The notes under the pieces are model-generated. The model had not been told where the DNA came from and did not search any database. It worked only from the letters and a program-made list of their open reading frames with translations. From Gemmatimonadota bacterium (GTDB lineage Bacteria > Gemmatimonadota > Gemmatimonadetes > Gemmatimonadales > GWC2-71-9): 64,000 nt of DNA. The stretch is from assembly GCA_039656555.1 (NCBI GenBank), contig JBDHLU010000011.1, forward strand, positions 357 to 64,356. Reading direction: 5' to 3'. Position 1 is the first letter of the stretch, and the number at the start of each line of letters is the position of its first letter. Shown here in pieces: positions 40,856 through 55,051 of the stretch. A program made the position numbers and the translations under genes.

Positions 40856-41770
40856 CTAGCTCACATAGGTCAGCGCGGCAACCGACTCCATGGCAGCGTC
40901 AGCGATCCGGCTGGGGACGTATCCGCCCTCCAAAACCATCGCCATCGGCGCGCCGATCTGTGACCAGGTCGCTATCCACGATCCATAGTCCTCAGGCTCC
41001 AAGGTGAAAGCCGCGAGCGGGTCACCCGCCATCGCGTCGAACCCCGCCGAAATAAGCACCAGGTCCGGGGTCCAAGCGTCGGTGGCTCGATCCACGGCTT
41101 CGTTCAGGGCCGCGACATAGCGCCCCCGGGATAACCCACCGGGCAACGGCACGTTGATTACGTTCCCGACCCCTGTCTCTCCTACTGCCCCCGTTCCCGG
41201 ATATAGTGGCCACTGGTGCATCGAGACGTAGCGAATCCGGGCATCAGCCTCCATGATCGCCTGGGTCCCGTTACCGTGATGCACGTCCCAGTCAACGATC
41301 AACACCCGCTCCAATCCCATACCTTCGAGCGCCTCGTACGCGGCCACCGCAACATTGTTGATCAGACAGAATCCCATGGCGTGTGTGGCGGTAGCGTGAT
41401 GGCCCGGTGGCCGAACGGCCGCAAAAGCTGGGGTGCCCTCTACAGACAAGCGTGCCGCCTCGATCGTCGCGCCGGCAGCATGCATGGCAGCTTCGTAACT
41501 GCCCGCTGACATTCGCGTATCCGCGTCGATTGCACCGCCACCAGATCCAGCCAATTGGCGCAAGCGATCGACATATTCGGGCGGATGGACGCGCACAATC
41601 TGATCGATAGTGGCCACCGCAGCCTCATCGAAGGTCAAGTCGAGTGCGTCCGCTGCCGCACGTAGCGCTTCGAGAATGGCTCGGAGACGTTCGGGTGATT
41701 CGGGATGTCCTATCCCAGGGTCGTGTTCGAGGGACGACCCGTGCCAAACGACGTGTACGCCCGTGGTCAC
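40856..41770 (-). CDS. Histone deacetylase-family (arginase-fold) amidohydrolase
   Basis: VRPPGHHA, IVDWDVHHGNGTQ, ISAGFDA motifs. GTG start. Confidence 0.85.
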   Translation of the reverse strand: MTTGVHVVWHGSSLEHDPGIGHPESPERLRAILEALRAAADALDLTFDEAAVATIDQIVRVHPPEYVDRLRQLAGSGGGAIDADTRMSAGSYEAAMHAAGATIEAARLSVEGTPAFAAVRPPGHHATATHAMGFCLINNVAVAAYEALEGMGLERVLIVDWDVHHGNGTQAIMEADARIRYVSMHQWPLYPGTGAVGETGVGNVINVPLPGGLSRGRYVAALNEAVDRATDAWTPDLVLISAGFDAMAGDPLAAFTLEPEDYGSWIATWSQIGAPMAMVLEGGYVPSRIADAAMESVAALTYVS

Positions 41771-41789
41771 TGCTGGATTGAAGCGGTGT

Positions 41790-42050
41790 CTAACGAACCG
41801 GTTGCCGCCGGCCGCGAAGCACGATCATTGGAGCACCATCCGGAACGCCGAGATCGCCCAATAACTGACCCTCATCAAAGACCTCTGCTCCACGGAACTT
41901 CACGATGAAATCATCGAGGTCGAACGACTTTGCCGTGGCACCAATCAAGGCCGCCTCCTTGACCGATGCCACCGACCAATTGGCATCGACGTCTAGGGTG
42001 ATCGTATCCCAAACCGGGGGCACCCACACCCGAACCGAACGGACGGTCAC
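41790..42050 (-). CDS. Hypothetical 86-aa protein, ubiquitin/YukD-like beta-grasp by sequence pattern
   Basis: GTGA overlap with the upstream stop. TITLDVDANWSVASVKEAAL ... FIVKFRGAEVFDEGQLLGDLGVPDGAPMIVL follows the ubiquitin-fold pattern. No C-terminal GG. Confidence 0.5.
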   Translation of the reverse strand: MTVRSVRVWVPPVWDTITLDVDANWSVASVKEAALIGATAKSFDLDDFIVKFRGAEVFDEGQLLGDLGVPDGAPMIVLRGRRQPVR

Positions 42051-42319
42051 GCGGTCCCGGCCTCTACCGTCGGTAACGTCGAAAAGAAGCGTCCGATCGC
42101 CTGATCGAAAAGGAGCGTCGAACCCCGGACCAGCGTGCGTCCGTCCCGTTCGGCAACGGCAAGGACCAACTCCTCCCCTCCCTGCCCCCGAAACGTGCAG
42201 AAGTGGTCACCCTCGTGCTCGACGAACGCACTACTGTGCGGAATGCGTTCCGCGAAGAACATCTTCGCTCGGGTCAACACGTCAGATGGCGATAGGCTCG
42301 TCATCGTCTCATGCGTCAT
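42047..42319 (-). CDS. Hypothetical 90-aa protein
   Basis: ATGA overlap upstream and GTGA overlap downstream. No recognisable motif. Confidence 0.5.
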   Translation of the reverse strand: MTHETMTSLSPSDVLTRAKMFFAERIPHSSAFVEHEGDHFCTFRGQGGEELVLAVAERDGRTLVRGSTLLFDQAIGRFFSTLPTVEAGTA

Positions 42320-42651
42320 GCATCACCTGTATTGGCAGATCTCGTCGAAAGGTAATCGAGCAGTTCGACCACTGCTTCGGGCAAGCGTGAATTCAGGACG
42401 GAGGTGGCACCGGCAGATCGCAACTCCCGGAGCGACGGACCTTCAACGTGTGGTCCGAAGACGAGCACCGCGGTGCCCACAGCGGTCAGTTGCTGCACCT
42501 CGTCCGCCGTCATGCTGCCAAGCTCAATCACCGCGGCGTCATACGGTTCCGACCTCGTTGGTGTGCCACCACCACGGCGGACGTAGTCTTCTACCTTGGC
42601 ACGGAAGAACAGATCGCGGGTTTTGACGAGTACGACCGGAACGTACGTCAT
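42316..42651 (-). CDS. Hypothetical 111-aa protein, receiver-like (pseudo-receiver) pattern
   Basis: ATGA overlap with the NSS transporter stop. Beta/alpha periodicity PVVLVKT / DAAVIELG / TAVLVFGPH / GATSVLNS resembles CheY-like domains but lacks the acidic pocket. Confidence 0.5.
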   Translation of the reverse strand: MTYVPVVLVKTRDLFFRAKVEDYVRRGGGTPTRSEPYDAAVIELGSMTADEVQQLTAVGTAVLVFGPHVEGPSLRELRSAGATSVLNSRLPEAVVELLDYLSTRSANTGDA

Positions 42652-44228
42652 GCATCACCCGACCCTGCGTCGTCAGGAGCTCCGTGTGTGTGGGTGGCAA
42701 ACCACCGGTTCGCCGCGATCAACACGACGAACACGACTACAAACTGCGCCAACACGGTTCCGACATTGTCTACCCCAAACGGATCCAACCATCCGTCGGG
42801 ATTCCACTGGCGGGCTTGATACAGCCACCATATCAACAGAATCACGGCCTGGAGTGGAACCAGCACACCGACCACGACGTCCCACCACGCGCCTATCGAT
42901 ATATCGGAGTCCGCATGATTGAGCTGCTGTTCTCGGAAGCGCCGGACTCCATGTGTAATCACGGCGATGGAGAAGAACAAACCGGATATCATCAGCGCGA
43001 CACCCCACACCCAATCCTGGTTGTGGAGCACCGCCAACGAGATCGCCGAAGGAAGTCCCAAGAGGAAGCCAGCAATGCCAACGTACCGAATCGCACGCTG
43101 GCGCTCGATCCCGGCGTCGATGAACACGCGCGTGGCCAACTCGAGCATCGCGATCAGGCTGGTAAACGCCGCAAATGCGAGCGCCAGGAAGAACAACACC
43201 ATGAAGAATCGGCCAAATGGGACTCGCGCAAACAACTCCGGCATCCAGATAAACGTCATCCCCTCGTTGCCGGCTCCGAAGATCGTCTCCTGCAATAGGT
43301 CGGCGCCGAGTGGTGCGCCCCCCAGCACAGCCTCCTCGAGAGCCGGGAATGCACTCAAAGCTTCTGGATTGTCGGCCAAGTTCGCGACTAGCTGCGGCAC
43401 TACCGAGAATACAGTGCAGAGCACCATGATCCCGGCAAGCAACGATATGGCGTTGTTCGCGGTCGGCAAAATGAACGCGTTGAGTGCGGTATCCTCGTTG
43501 GGTCGCAGGTAGGCAGCATAGCAAAGCACCAACCCCCACCCGGCTCCGGTATCCCAGGCGTTCTGCGTTAGTGCCTGCAACCAGATCTCTGCCCGTCCCA
43601 AAGCCGTCCAATCGACTCCGAACAGAAAGGAGAGCCCTTCGCCGGCGCCCGGTAGCGTGATGGCACGCACAGCCAGGAGCACAACCATGACCAACAGCGC
43701 CGGCATCAAGATCGTTGCGACCCTCTCGATGGCCCGCACGCCCTTCGACACGACCAACACACCACTCAACATCACGAACGCGTGCGTCAGGATCGGCCAC
43801 CACGAGGTCGTGTAGGCCTCCCAAAACGCCCCCGGATTCGCCCCGGGGACTTCGCCGGTGGCAGACGCAACGACATACCGAACCGTCCACCCCGCAACCA
43901 CCGAGTAGTAGAACAAGATGGCCGTGGCCACGAAAGCGATGAAGGCACCCATCCACGCCCACTTGGGCCCCATCATTTGAATGAACGCTCCCACTGGCCC
44001 TGAACGAGTCTTTCGACCCATGCCGAACTCGACGAGGATCAATGGGATCGACCATAGGAACAAGAATACGATCCAGGCGACGATAAATTCTCCACCGCCA
44101 TTCTGCGCAGCGATTCTCGGGAACCGCCAGATGTTGCCTGTCCCGACTGCCATACCGAGCATGACGAGCAGCATGACCCATCGAGAGGAGAAAGTTTCGC
44201 GCGGAGCGTTCACACGTCCCCCTTGCAT
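42648..44228 (-). CDS. Sodium-dependent transporter, NSS (SNF) family
   Basis: FSSRWVMLLVMLGMAVGTGNIWRFPRIAAQNGGG N-terminal signature, about 11-12 TM, 526 aa. Confidence 0.9.
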   Translation of the reverse strand: MQGGRVNAPRETFSSRWVMLLVMLGMAVGTGNIWRFPRIAAQNGGGEFIVAWIVFLFLWSIPLILVEFGMGRKTRSGPVGAFIQMMGPKWAWMGAFIAFVATAILFYYSVVAGWTVRYVVASATGEVPGANPGAFWEAYTTSWWPILTHAFVMLSGVLVVSKGVRAIERVATILMPALLVMVVLLAVRAITLPGAGEGLSFLFGVDWTALGRAEIWLQALTQNAWDTGAGWGLVLCYAAYLRPNEDTALNAFILPTANNAISLLAGIMVLCTVFSVVPQLVANLADNPEALSAFPALEEAVLGGAPLGADLLQETIFGAGNEGMTFIWMPELFARVPFGRFFMVLFFLALAFAAFTSLIAMLELATRVFIDAGIERQRAIRYVGIAGFLLGLPSAISLAVLHNQDWVWGVALMISGLFFSIAVITHGVRRFREQQLNHADSDISIGAWWDVVVGVLVPLQAVILLIWWLYQARQWNPDGWLDPFGVDNVGTVLAQFVVVFVVLIAANRWFATHTHGAPDDAGSGDA

Positions 44229-44243
44229 TTCAGAGCGCAGTAG

Positions 44244-45701
44244 TCAATCGAGCAGTTCTTCGAGCCGATGCACGACATGGTCGAACGTCAGAGGTTGCCC
44301 CAGAACGTCCTCTGCCAACCGATCTGCCGGATCAGCCTGCCCACGTTGCATCAGCCCCGAGACAAAATCACCGGCGTGTGGATTCCGATACCAATCCTCG
44401 TCGAACTGTTCCTTCAAATGCGTGGCGAGCATGGACTCGAGTTGCCAGGCGCGCAAGTACCGAGCGGAGTAGAAACCGGGATCGACGTCCAACAACGCAT
44501 CCCCCGGAAGGTATCGGAATCCCGTCGCCGCTGACAAACGATCCACATAGCGTTCGCCGGTCCCCTCGAAGTCACCGCGGTAAAGGTCGAGTTCGTAAGA
44601 AATTTTCGCTACGTACCGCCGTACCAAAAACAGTTCGCCAACCGCAAGCTCGAAGACCAGTTCCCCGACCTGACTAGTGGACAAGTCGATGTACCGATCG
44701 ATCCATCCCCGGTTCATCGTGAGGTGGTCCCACAACATCGCGAACCCTTCGGTGACCGAGTTGTCACCTAGCCAACGCGCGGCGAACGGAAGGTCGGCGG
44801 AAACCGATGCGAAGTGCATGGCGTGACCGAGTTCGTGCCAGAAGGTACGATAGTCCCCGTGACCGCCTTGGGGACGGGGTACCAGGTAGACCTCATCGGG
44901 TACGACGCCCGGTACACAGAATGCCCGCGGCTGTTTGCCTTCCCGCTCTTCGGTGTCGAAGCGCACGCGCCCCGCTTGGGTGGCATCTAGCCCCATGGCA
45001 CCCATTTGCTCGACGGCGATCTCCACCAGCCGCGACGCTACGAAGGCATCGTCAAATCGGTCGTGGCGGAACAGGCGAGCAGCATCGGAGCGGACAAGCT
45101 CATCCATACCCACGCCAAGGCGACGTCGCACCATGCGCCCTAGACCATCGTGGTACATGTCGGTGGTCCTATCGAGAAAGGCCTGGGCGTCCGCGGCGAG
45201 GGCATCTAGATCGATACCGGTCAAAACACCAAAGGCCTCGACATACTTTCCGTGTCCAAACCCTTCAATCAACTCTCGCTCCCGGACGAACCGGTCCCGA
45301 CGAAGATGTTCAAGTCCGGCGCACCCCGCATCCGCGCGGGCGTTATCCAACACAACGCGGTACTGGCGATCTTCGGCGTTGGCCAGCTCAATCGGGACCT
45401 TGAGATAGGGAAGCTGTTGGCCACCGACGTCTACGGTTGCGGATTGCTCCCAACGCAACTGCTTCTCGTCGAGCGAGGCCAGCTCGCGCCCCACTTGCAG
45501 ATCTATGACCCATTCATTGAGCGCTGGATCGCCACTGGCCTTCGCCGCGTCCAACGCATCCGTGCTGGTAAGCAAAGCGTATCGTTGATAAATGGGCTGG
45601 AAGGCCGGGTCGTCTTTGAGCCCCGCACCGGTTTCGTAGTACTCGCGGCCGAGCTCTCGATGAAACGCCTCTCCGCGTTCGAGGAGGGACTCCAGATTCA
45701 C
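44244..45701 (-). CDS. Zinc metallopeptidase, M3 (oligoendopeptidase F)-like
   Basis: [10 protein letters not shown] (HExxH) in a 485-aa soluble protein with M3-like layout; family assignment is tentative. GTGA overlap with the glyQS stop. Confidence 0.6.
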   Translation of the reverse strand: MNLESLLERGEAFHRELGREYYETGAGLKDDPAFQPIYQRYALLTSTDALDAAKASGDPALNEWVIDLQVGRELASLDEKQLRWEQSATVDVGGQQLPYLKVPIELANAEDRQYRVVLDNARADAGCAGLEHLRRDRFVRERELIEGFGHGKYVEAFGVLTGIDLDALAADAQAFLDRTTDMYHDGLGRMVRRRLGVGMDELVRSDAARLFRHDRFDDAFVASRLVEIAVEQMGAMGLDATQAGRVRFDTEEREGKQPRAFCVPGVVPDEVYLVPRPQGGHGDYRTFWHELGHAMHFASVSADLPFAARWLGDNSVTEGFAMLWDHLTMNRGWIDRYIDLSTSQVGELVFELAVGELFLVRRYVAKISYELDLYRGDFEGTGERYVDRLSAATGFRYLPGDALLDVDPGFYSARYLRAWQLESMLATHLKEQFDEDWYRNPHAGDFVSGLMQRGQADPADRLAEDVLGQPLTFDHVVHRLEELLD

Positions 45702-47029
45702 GCGGACAGACGCTCGTCGAGATACGGTACGAGCTTGTCGATCGCAACACGGTCTTGCACAAGAGTATCGCGATCCCGGACCGTTACCGTATGATCCTCG
45801 ACGCTTTGGCCGTCGATAGTAACTCCATACGGAGTACCAGCCTCGTCTTGACGGCGGTAGCGACGGCCGATGGAACCACCATCATCGTAAAACACGTTGA
45901 AGCGTCCTCGCAGATCATCGTACAAGCGGCGCGCAAGCTCGGGCATCCCGTCCTTCTTGACGAGTGGGAACACACCGACCTTGATCGGAGCTAATGAAGG
46001 CTTGAGCGCCAGCACCACGCGTTGTTCGTCCCCGATCTGCTCTTCACGGTACGCGTCCGCCAGAACGACGAGTGTGAGACGATCGGCTCCTAATGATGTC
46101 TCCACGACGTAGGGAACGAACCGGTCTTTGGTCTGCGGGTTGACGTACTCGAGCTTCTTTCCCGAATACTCTTGATGGCGACTCAGGTCGAAATCGGTGC
46201 GGTTATGTATGCCTTCGAATTCCTTCCAGCCAAAAGGAAATTCGTATTCGATGTCGAAGGCTTTCTTGGCGTAGTGCGCCAACTCGTCCGGTCCGTGCTC
46301 GTGGAAGCGCAATTTCTCTTCGCGAATGCCGAGATCGAGCTGCCACTGCATGCGCCGGGCCTTCCACTCTTCGAACACTGCCTCATCGTCGCCCGGTTTG
46401 ACGAAATACTGCATCTCCATCTGCTCGAATTCGCGCGTCCGGAAGATAAAATTCCCTGGGGTGATTTCATTACGGAAGGCCTTGCCAATCTGTGCAATGC
46501 CGAACGGAATCTTCTGCCGGGCAGCCTGCATCACGTTCAAATAGTTCACGTAGATACCCTGCGCAGTCTCGGGACGCAGGTATACCACGGAAGCATCTTC
46601 CTCGACCGGTCCCATGAACGTCTTGAACATCAGATTGAACATGCGTGGAGCCGTGAGCGAACCCTTGTTCCCACAGATCGGGCACTGCGCGTCGGGAGAC
46701 CCCGGCTCGCCCTTGATGCGCTCGTCGTCGTCACGGAAGCGGTTCTTACACACCTTGCAGTCAACGAGAGGATCGCTGAAGCCGCCGATGTGTCCTGATG
46801 CCTCCCACACCTTAGGATGCATGAGAATCGCCGCATCGATGCCCTCGATATCTTCCCGCTCGTGCACCATCGAGCGCCACCAACGCTCCTTGAGGTTCTT
46901 CTTGAGCTCGACGCCCAAAGGACCATAGTCCCACACCGATCCCAGGCCGCCATAAATCTCGGAGGACTGAAAGATGAACCCCCGCCGCTTGGCCAGGGAT
47001 ACCAGCTTGTCCATTTGATCCTGCGCCAT
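45698..47029 (-). CDS. glyQS: Glycine--tRNA ligase (alpha2 type)
   Basis: [35 protein letters not shown]-terminus and class II motifs ([21 protein letters not shown]); 443 aa. Confidence 0.95.
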   Translation of the reverse strand: MAQDQMDKLVSLAKRRGFIFQSSEIYGGLGSVWDYGPLGVELKKNLKERWWRSMVHEREDIEGIDAAILMHPKVWEASGHIGGFSDPLVDCKVCKNRFRDDDERIKGEPGSPDAQCPICGNKGSLTAPRMFNLMFKTFMGPVEEDASVVYLRPETAQGIYVNYLNVMQAARQKIPFGIAQIGKAFRNEITPGNFIFRTREFEQMEMQYFVKPGDDEAVFEEWKARRMQWQLDLGIREEKLRFHEHGPDELAHYAKKAFDIEYEFPFGWKEFEGIHNRTDFDLSRHQEYSGKKLEYVNPQTKDRFVPYVVETSLGADRLTLVVLADAYREEQIGDEQRVVLALKPSLAPIKVGVFPLVKKDGMPELARRLYDDLRGRFNVFYDDGGSIGRRYRRQDEAGTPYGVTIDGQSVEDHTVTVRDRDTLVQDRVAIDKLVPYLDERLSA

Positions 47030-47525
47030 TACCCGTCATCCCCCGTGTTTGATGCCGTTGTTCAAGCGTGTGTGGAGCCGAGCAATCTAAGCATCGTGCC
47101 CACGCCGCGCTCCGCTCGTTGGTTGATGTCGGCAAGGCCCAACTATCAGAGCCGGCGCCCCTCACATTGACCGCAGTTGTGTCCTCTGGCGTGCATACCC
47201 AGTGGTTCCGACCCCATGGAGCCCGTGAAAGCTGCTCGAAGCGCCAGGACCCGTTCCGGCAGGAACGGATCGAGCATCCAATAGGATCGTAACGTCATGG
47301 GAATGCTGGACTTGTGCAATCCACCAGGGATCCTTAGCTTGCACCACCGGAATGGGCAACCACACGCCGGATACCCAATGGGCCAAGGTTTTGAGTCGCA
47401 CAGCTTGAACGAGCGATCCCATGAACCTCAAGTACGGAGCGGATCGTTTGCGCTCCGACGACGGTCACTCCGTAGTTAGGCTCAGTGTCCCCAGCTCCGT
47501 TACCCCCAAACAGTAGCATGGTGCG

Positions 47526-52163
<4,638 letters not shown>

Positions 52164-52167
<4 letters not shown>

Positions 52168-53351
52168 GCGCCGATCGCGTCGTCGAAGCCACCCGCCGTG
52201 AACCCGTCGGGCAGGTCTTCGTCGGCGATCGGCTCCTCTTCCGCCTTCTTCTTGGTCTTCTTCATCTTAATCGCAGTTTTGGATTTTCTCCGGAACGTCT
52301 TCAGCTTGAGTTCGAAGTCCGAAGGATTGGAGGCAGCCGCCATTGCGGTTTCGAAAGTGACCGTGTCGCTCTCGACCAATTCCATGAGATGCTGGTCGAA
52401 CGACTGCATCCCGTATTGATCCCGACCTTCTTCAATATAGTCTTTGATCTCCCCAACACGGTTACGATCGCGGATGAGGTCACGGATGGTGGACGTGGCA
52501 ATCATGATCTCGAGAGCGACAGCGCGACCGCTGGCATCGGCGCGCGGAAGCAGCCGTTGCGAGATCACCGAATGCAACGAATCGGCGAGACGGATGCGCA
52601 CGACTTCCTGTTCCTCAGCCGGGAACATCGCCACGATGCGGGCCACCGTCGTCGCCGCATCGGGAGTGTGCAGCGTCGAGATCAGCAAGTGACCAGTTTC
52701 AGCGGCCTTCATCGCGGTGTCCACGGTTTCCGCATCGCGCATTTCGCCGATCAACACGACATCAGGATCCTGCCGGAGCGCGGCGCGCAGCCCGGTGCCA
52801 AAACTGTCCGTGTCGGGGCCAATCTCCCGCTGTGTAACCGACGACTTCAAATCACGGTGGAGAAACTCGATCGGGTTCTCGAGGGTGACGATGTGCTTGT
52901 TCAACGTCTGATTGATGTGGTTGATGATTGCGGCCATCGTCGACGACTTGCCGCTTCCCGTCACGCCCGTGACCAGGATCATTCCTCGTTCGCTTTCGGC
53001 GATTTTGGCCAGCACCGGAGGCAAAGAAAGTTTCTGGAACGTCGGGACCTCGAACGGGATGACCCGCATCACCACCATGAACGATGATCGCTGCCTGAGA
53101 ATATTGACACGAAAACGCCCGATACCCGGGGCACCCCATGAGCAATCATAGTCCTTTATCTGATCGATCCGCTTCCGATCCTCTTCCAGCGGAATCAACT
53201 TCAGAGCGATCGCCTTGGTCTGCTCCGGCGACAGGCGCTGCTTGGTGAGCGGGACTAGCTTGCCGTCGATTCGGGCCCGGAACACGTCGCCTGCCTTGAT
53301 GTGGAGGTCGGACGCGTTCCTCTCAACGGCTGCCTTGATGATATTCTCCAT
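52164..53351 (-). CDS. pilT: Type IV pilus retraction ATPase PilT, with about 44-aa basic/acidic C-terminal tail
   Basis: ASDLHI, GVTGSGKSST Walker A, VLIGEMRD, GHLLISTLHT His box. Tail is FRRKSKTAIKMKKTKKKAEEEPIADEDL... Confidence 0.9.
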
Positions 53352-53354
53352 ACG

Positions 53355-54383
53355 CTAATATCCCACCTCTGGATTTACGATGTTTTTCAAGCGTCGCCCC
53401 TTCCGATAGCGGCGCACGTTTTCGACGATCAATCCCGTTTCCCGAGGCCAGAACCGATCGGTAACCCCGCTAACATGCGGTGTGATCAAGATACGCTCGT
53501 GTCGCCAAAATGGGTGTTTGCGCGGCAACGGCTCGGTTGCCAGTACGTCGAGAACGGCCCCCGCAAGCCGCCCCTTGTCAAGGTGCCGGAGAAGCGCGCG
53601 TTCGTCCAGAAGCTCACCTCGAGCGAGGTTCACAACCCAGGATTGGGACGGTAGGGCCCGGAGCACCTTGTCACCGACGATGTGCGTGGTGGCGTCGGTC
53701 TGCGGAGCCGCGATCACCAGCACATCAGTCCGCTTGGCGAGCTTGGCCAGTGAGTTCGGCCCCCCAACCCAGGACACACCCGGGGGTTTCCGCCGCTTAG
53801 GCTCCCGACGGATGCCCCTCACCTGCATTCCGAGTGCGTGGCACCGACGGGCAATGGCCGATCCGACACCACCGAGCCCAACGATCCCGACTCTCGTATC
53901 CGCGAACTCCAGAAGTGTGACGCTGCCGTCAGCGTAGGCCCCTTTGGCCCAGCTACGCTCTCTTTGCGCGGCCACGGCCATATGAAAACCGCGGACGCAG
54001 AACGCGACTGCTGCGACAGCCCAGTCACCCATTGGTTGCGCATGAGTGCCGCGTGAGTTGGTGAGCGTAACTCCGGCCGATAGCAGACCGGGCGTCAGGC
54101 TCGCCCCAACCCCTGCCGCCGCCGTGTGGGCCCACACCAGGCGCGGGCCCGCCGACCTAACGATGTCGGCCGAAACACCCCATCCGACGTAGACCTCGGC
54201 ACCCTGCACCGCCTCGAGCGCTTCCGGCGACGGCTCTGCCCCATCCCCGTCACTCGATGATAGTGCCCGCACCTCGACAACATCCCACCCGCGGCCGAAC
54301 GCACGAGTGATCTGCCGGATGCTCGCAGCCGGCGCCCGCCACACTGCTCGCGTCGACTGCAGGTCAACCACGGCACGCTTCAC
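53355..54383 (-). CDS. D-isomer-specific 2-hydroxyacid dehydrogenase family protein
   Basis: VGIVGLGGVGSAIARR (NAD-binding), NLARGELLDE, ITPHVSG. GTG start overlapping the mgtC stop. Confidence 0.8.
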   Translation of the reverse strand: MKRAVVDLQSTRAVWRAPAASIRQITRAFGRGWDVVEVRALSSSDGDGAEPSPEALEAVQGAEVYVGWGVSADIVRSAGPRLVWAHTAAAGVGASLTPGLLSAGVTLTNSRGTHAQPMGDWAVAAVAFCVRGFHMAVAAQRERSWAKGAYADGSVTLLEFADTRVGIVGLGGVGSAIARRCHALGMQVRGIRREPKRRKPPGVSWVGGPNSLAKLAKRTDVLVIAAPQTDATTHIVGDKVLRALPSQSWVVNLARGELLDERALLRHLDKGRLAGAVLDVLATEPLPRKHPFWRHERILITPHVSGVTDRFWPRETGLIVENVRRYRKGRRLKNIVNPEVGY

Positions 54384-55051
54384 TCGTCCACTCTGACCGT
54401 CACATCGCTCGCGATTCCGAGATACCGACTTTGGGCCGCATGGTGGAGTGCCAACGCACCCTCAGCCGTAACCGTCACGACACGACGTCCCTCCCGTTCC
54501 ACGACGTGGATGTCCAAGACTCGCAAACCCACGTCGCGGGCTATTGTGCTGATCCTGCTCACCTCGCTAACCGGGATCACAGCCTCGACCGTCACCTGCT
54601 GCACCACCGAACGCCCCTTGATGACGGCCTCTACCCAGCGGAGTGCCGCCAAGACCAACACCACCAACAACGTCGCACCAGTCGCCTCGAGCACTGCGCC
54701 CGCGCCCACCGCCACACCGATCGCCGCAACGAGCCAGATCGTCGCTGCGCTGGTGAGTCCAGTTACCAGACCGCGACTGTGGAGGATGGTGCCGGCACCC
54801 AGAAACCCTACGCCCGTCACGATCTGTGCGGCGATCCGAGACGGATCGCCCTCATCGCCAGCCATGTACACCGAGAGCTGCGTGAATAGGGCAGCGCCCA
54901 CGCAGATGAGAATATTGGTCCGGAGTCCAGCCGCCTTCCCGTGCAACTCACGTTCGAGTCCAACCGCCCCACCCAGAACGACCGCCAGCAACAACCCACC
55001 CAACACGTCAAACCGCAAGGACCCACTGACCGCCGACCAGAGCCCGGTCAT
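54380..55051 (-). CDS. MgtC/SapB-family membrane protein
   Basis: GGAVGLERELHGKAAGLRTN signature + ACT-like C-terminus. ATG at 55049-55051 overlaps the trpS stop (ATGA). The track ORF to 55285 is over-extended. Confidence 0.8.
   Translation of the reverse strand: MTGLWSAVSGSLRFDVLGGLLLAVVLGGAVGLERELHGKAAGLRTNILICVGAALFTQLSVYMAGDEGDPSRIAAQIVTGVGFLGAGTILHSRGLVTGLTSAATIWLVAAIGVAVGAGAVLEATGATLLVVLVLAALRWVEAVIKGRSVVQQVTVEAVIPVSEVSRISTIARDVGLRVLDIHVVEREGRRVVTVTAEGALALHHAAQSRYLGIASDVTVRVDE

Noticed and set aside
42673-44181. 502-aa ORF on the minus strand in a second frame over the NSS transporter gene
   Set aside because: It is Arg/Gly/Ala-rich with no motifs and is completely nested in a gene with clear NSS signatures. 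This is a typical open alternative frame in GC-rich DNA.
47195-47225. GGTTCCGACCCC resembling a tRNA/tmRNA T-loop
   Set aside because: The flanking bases (AGTGG / CCCAT) do not form a T-stem, and no acceptor or anticodon arms could be built.
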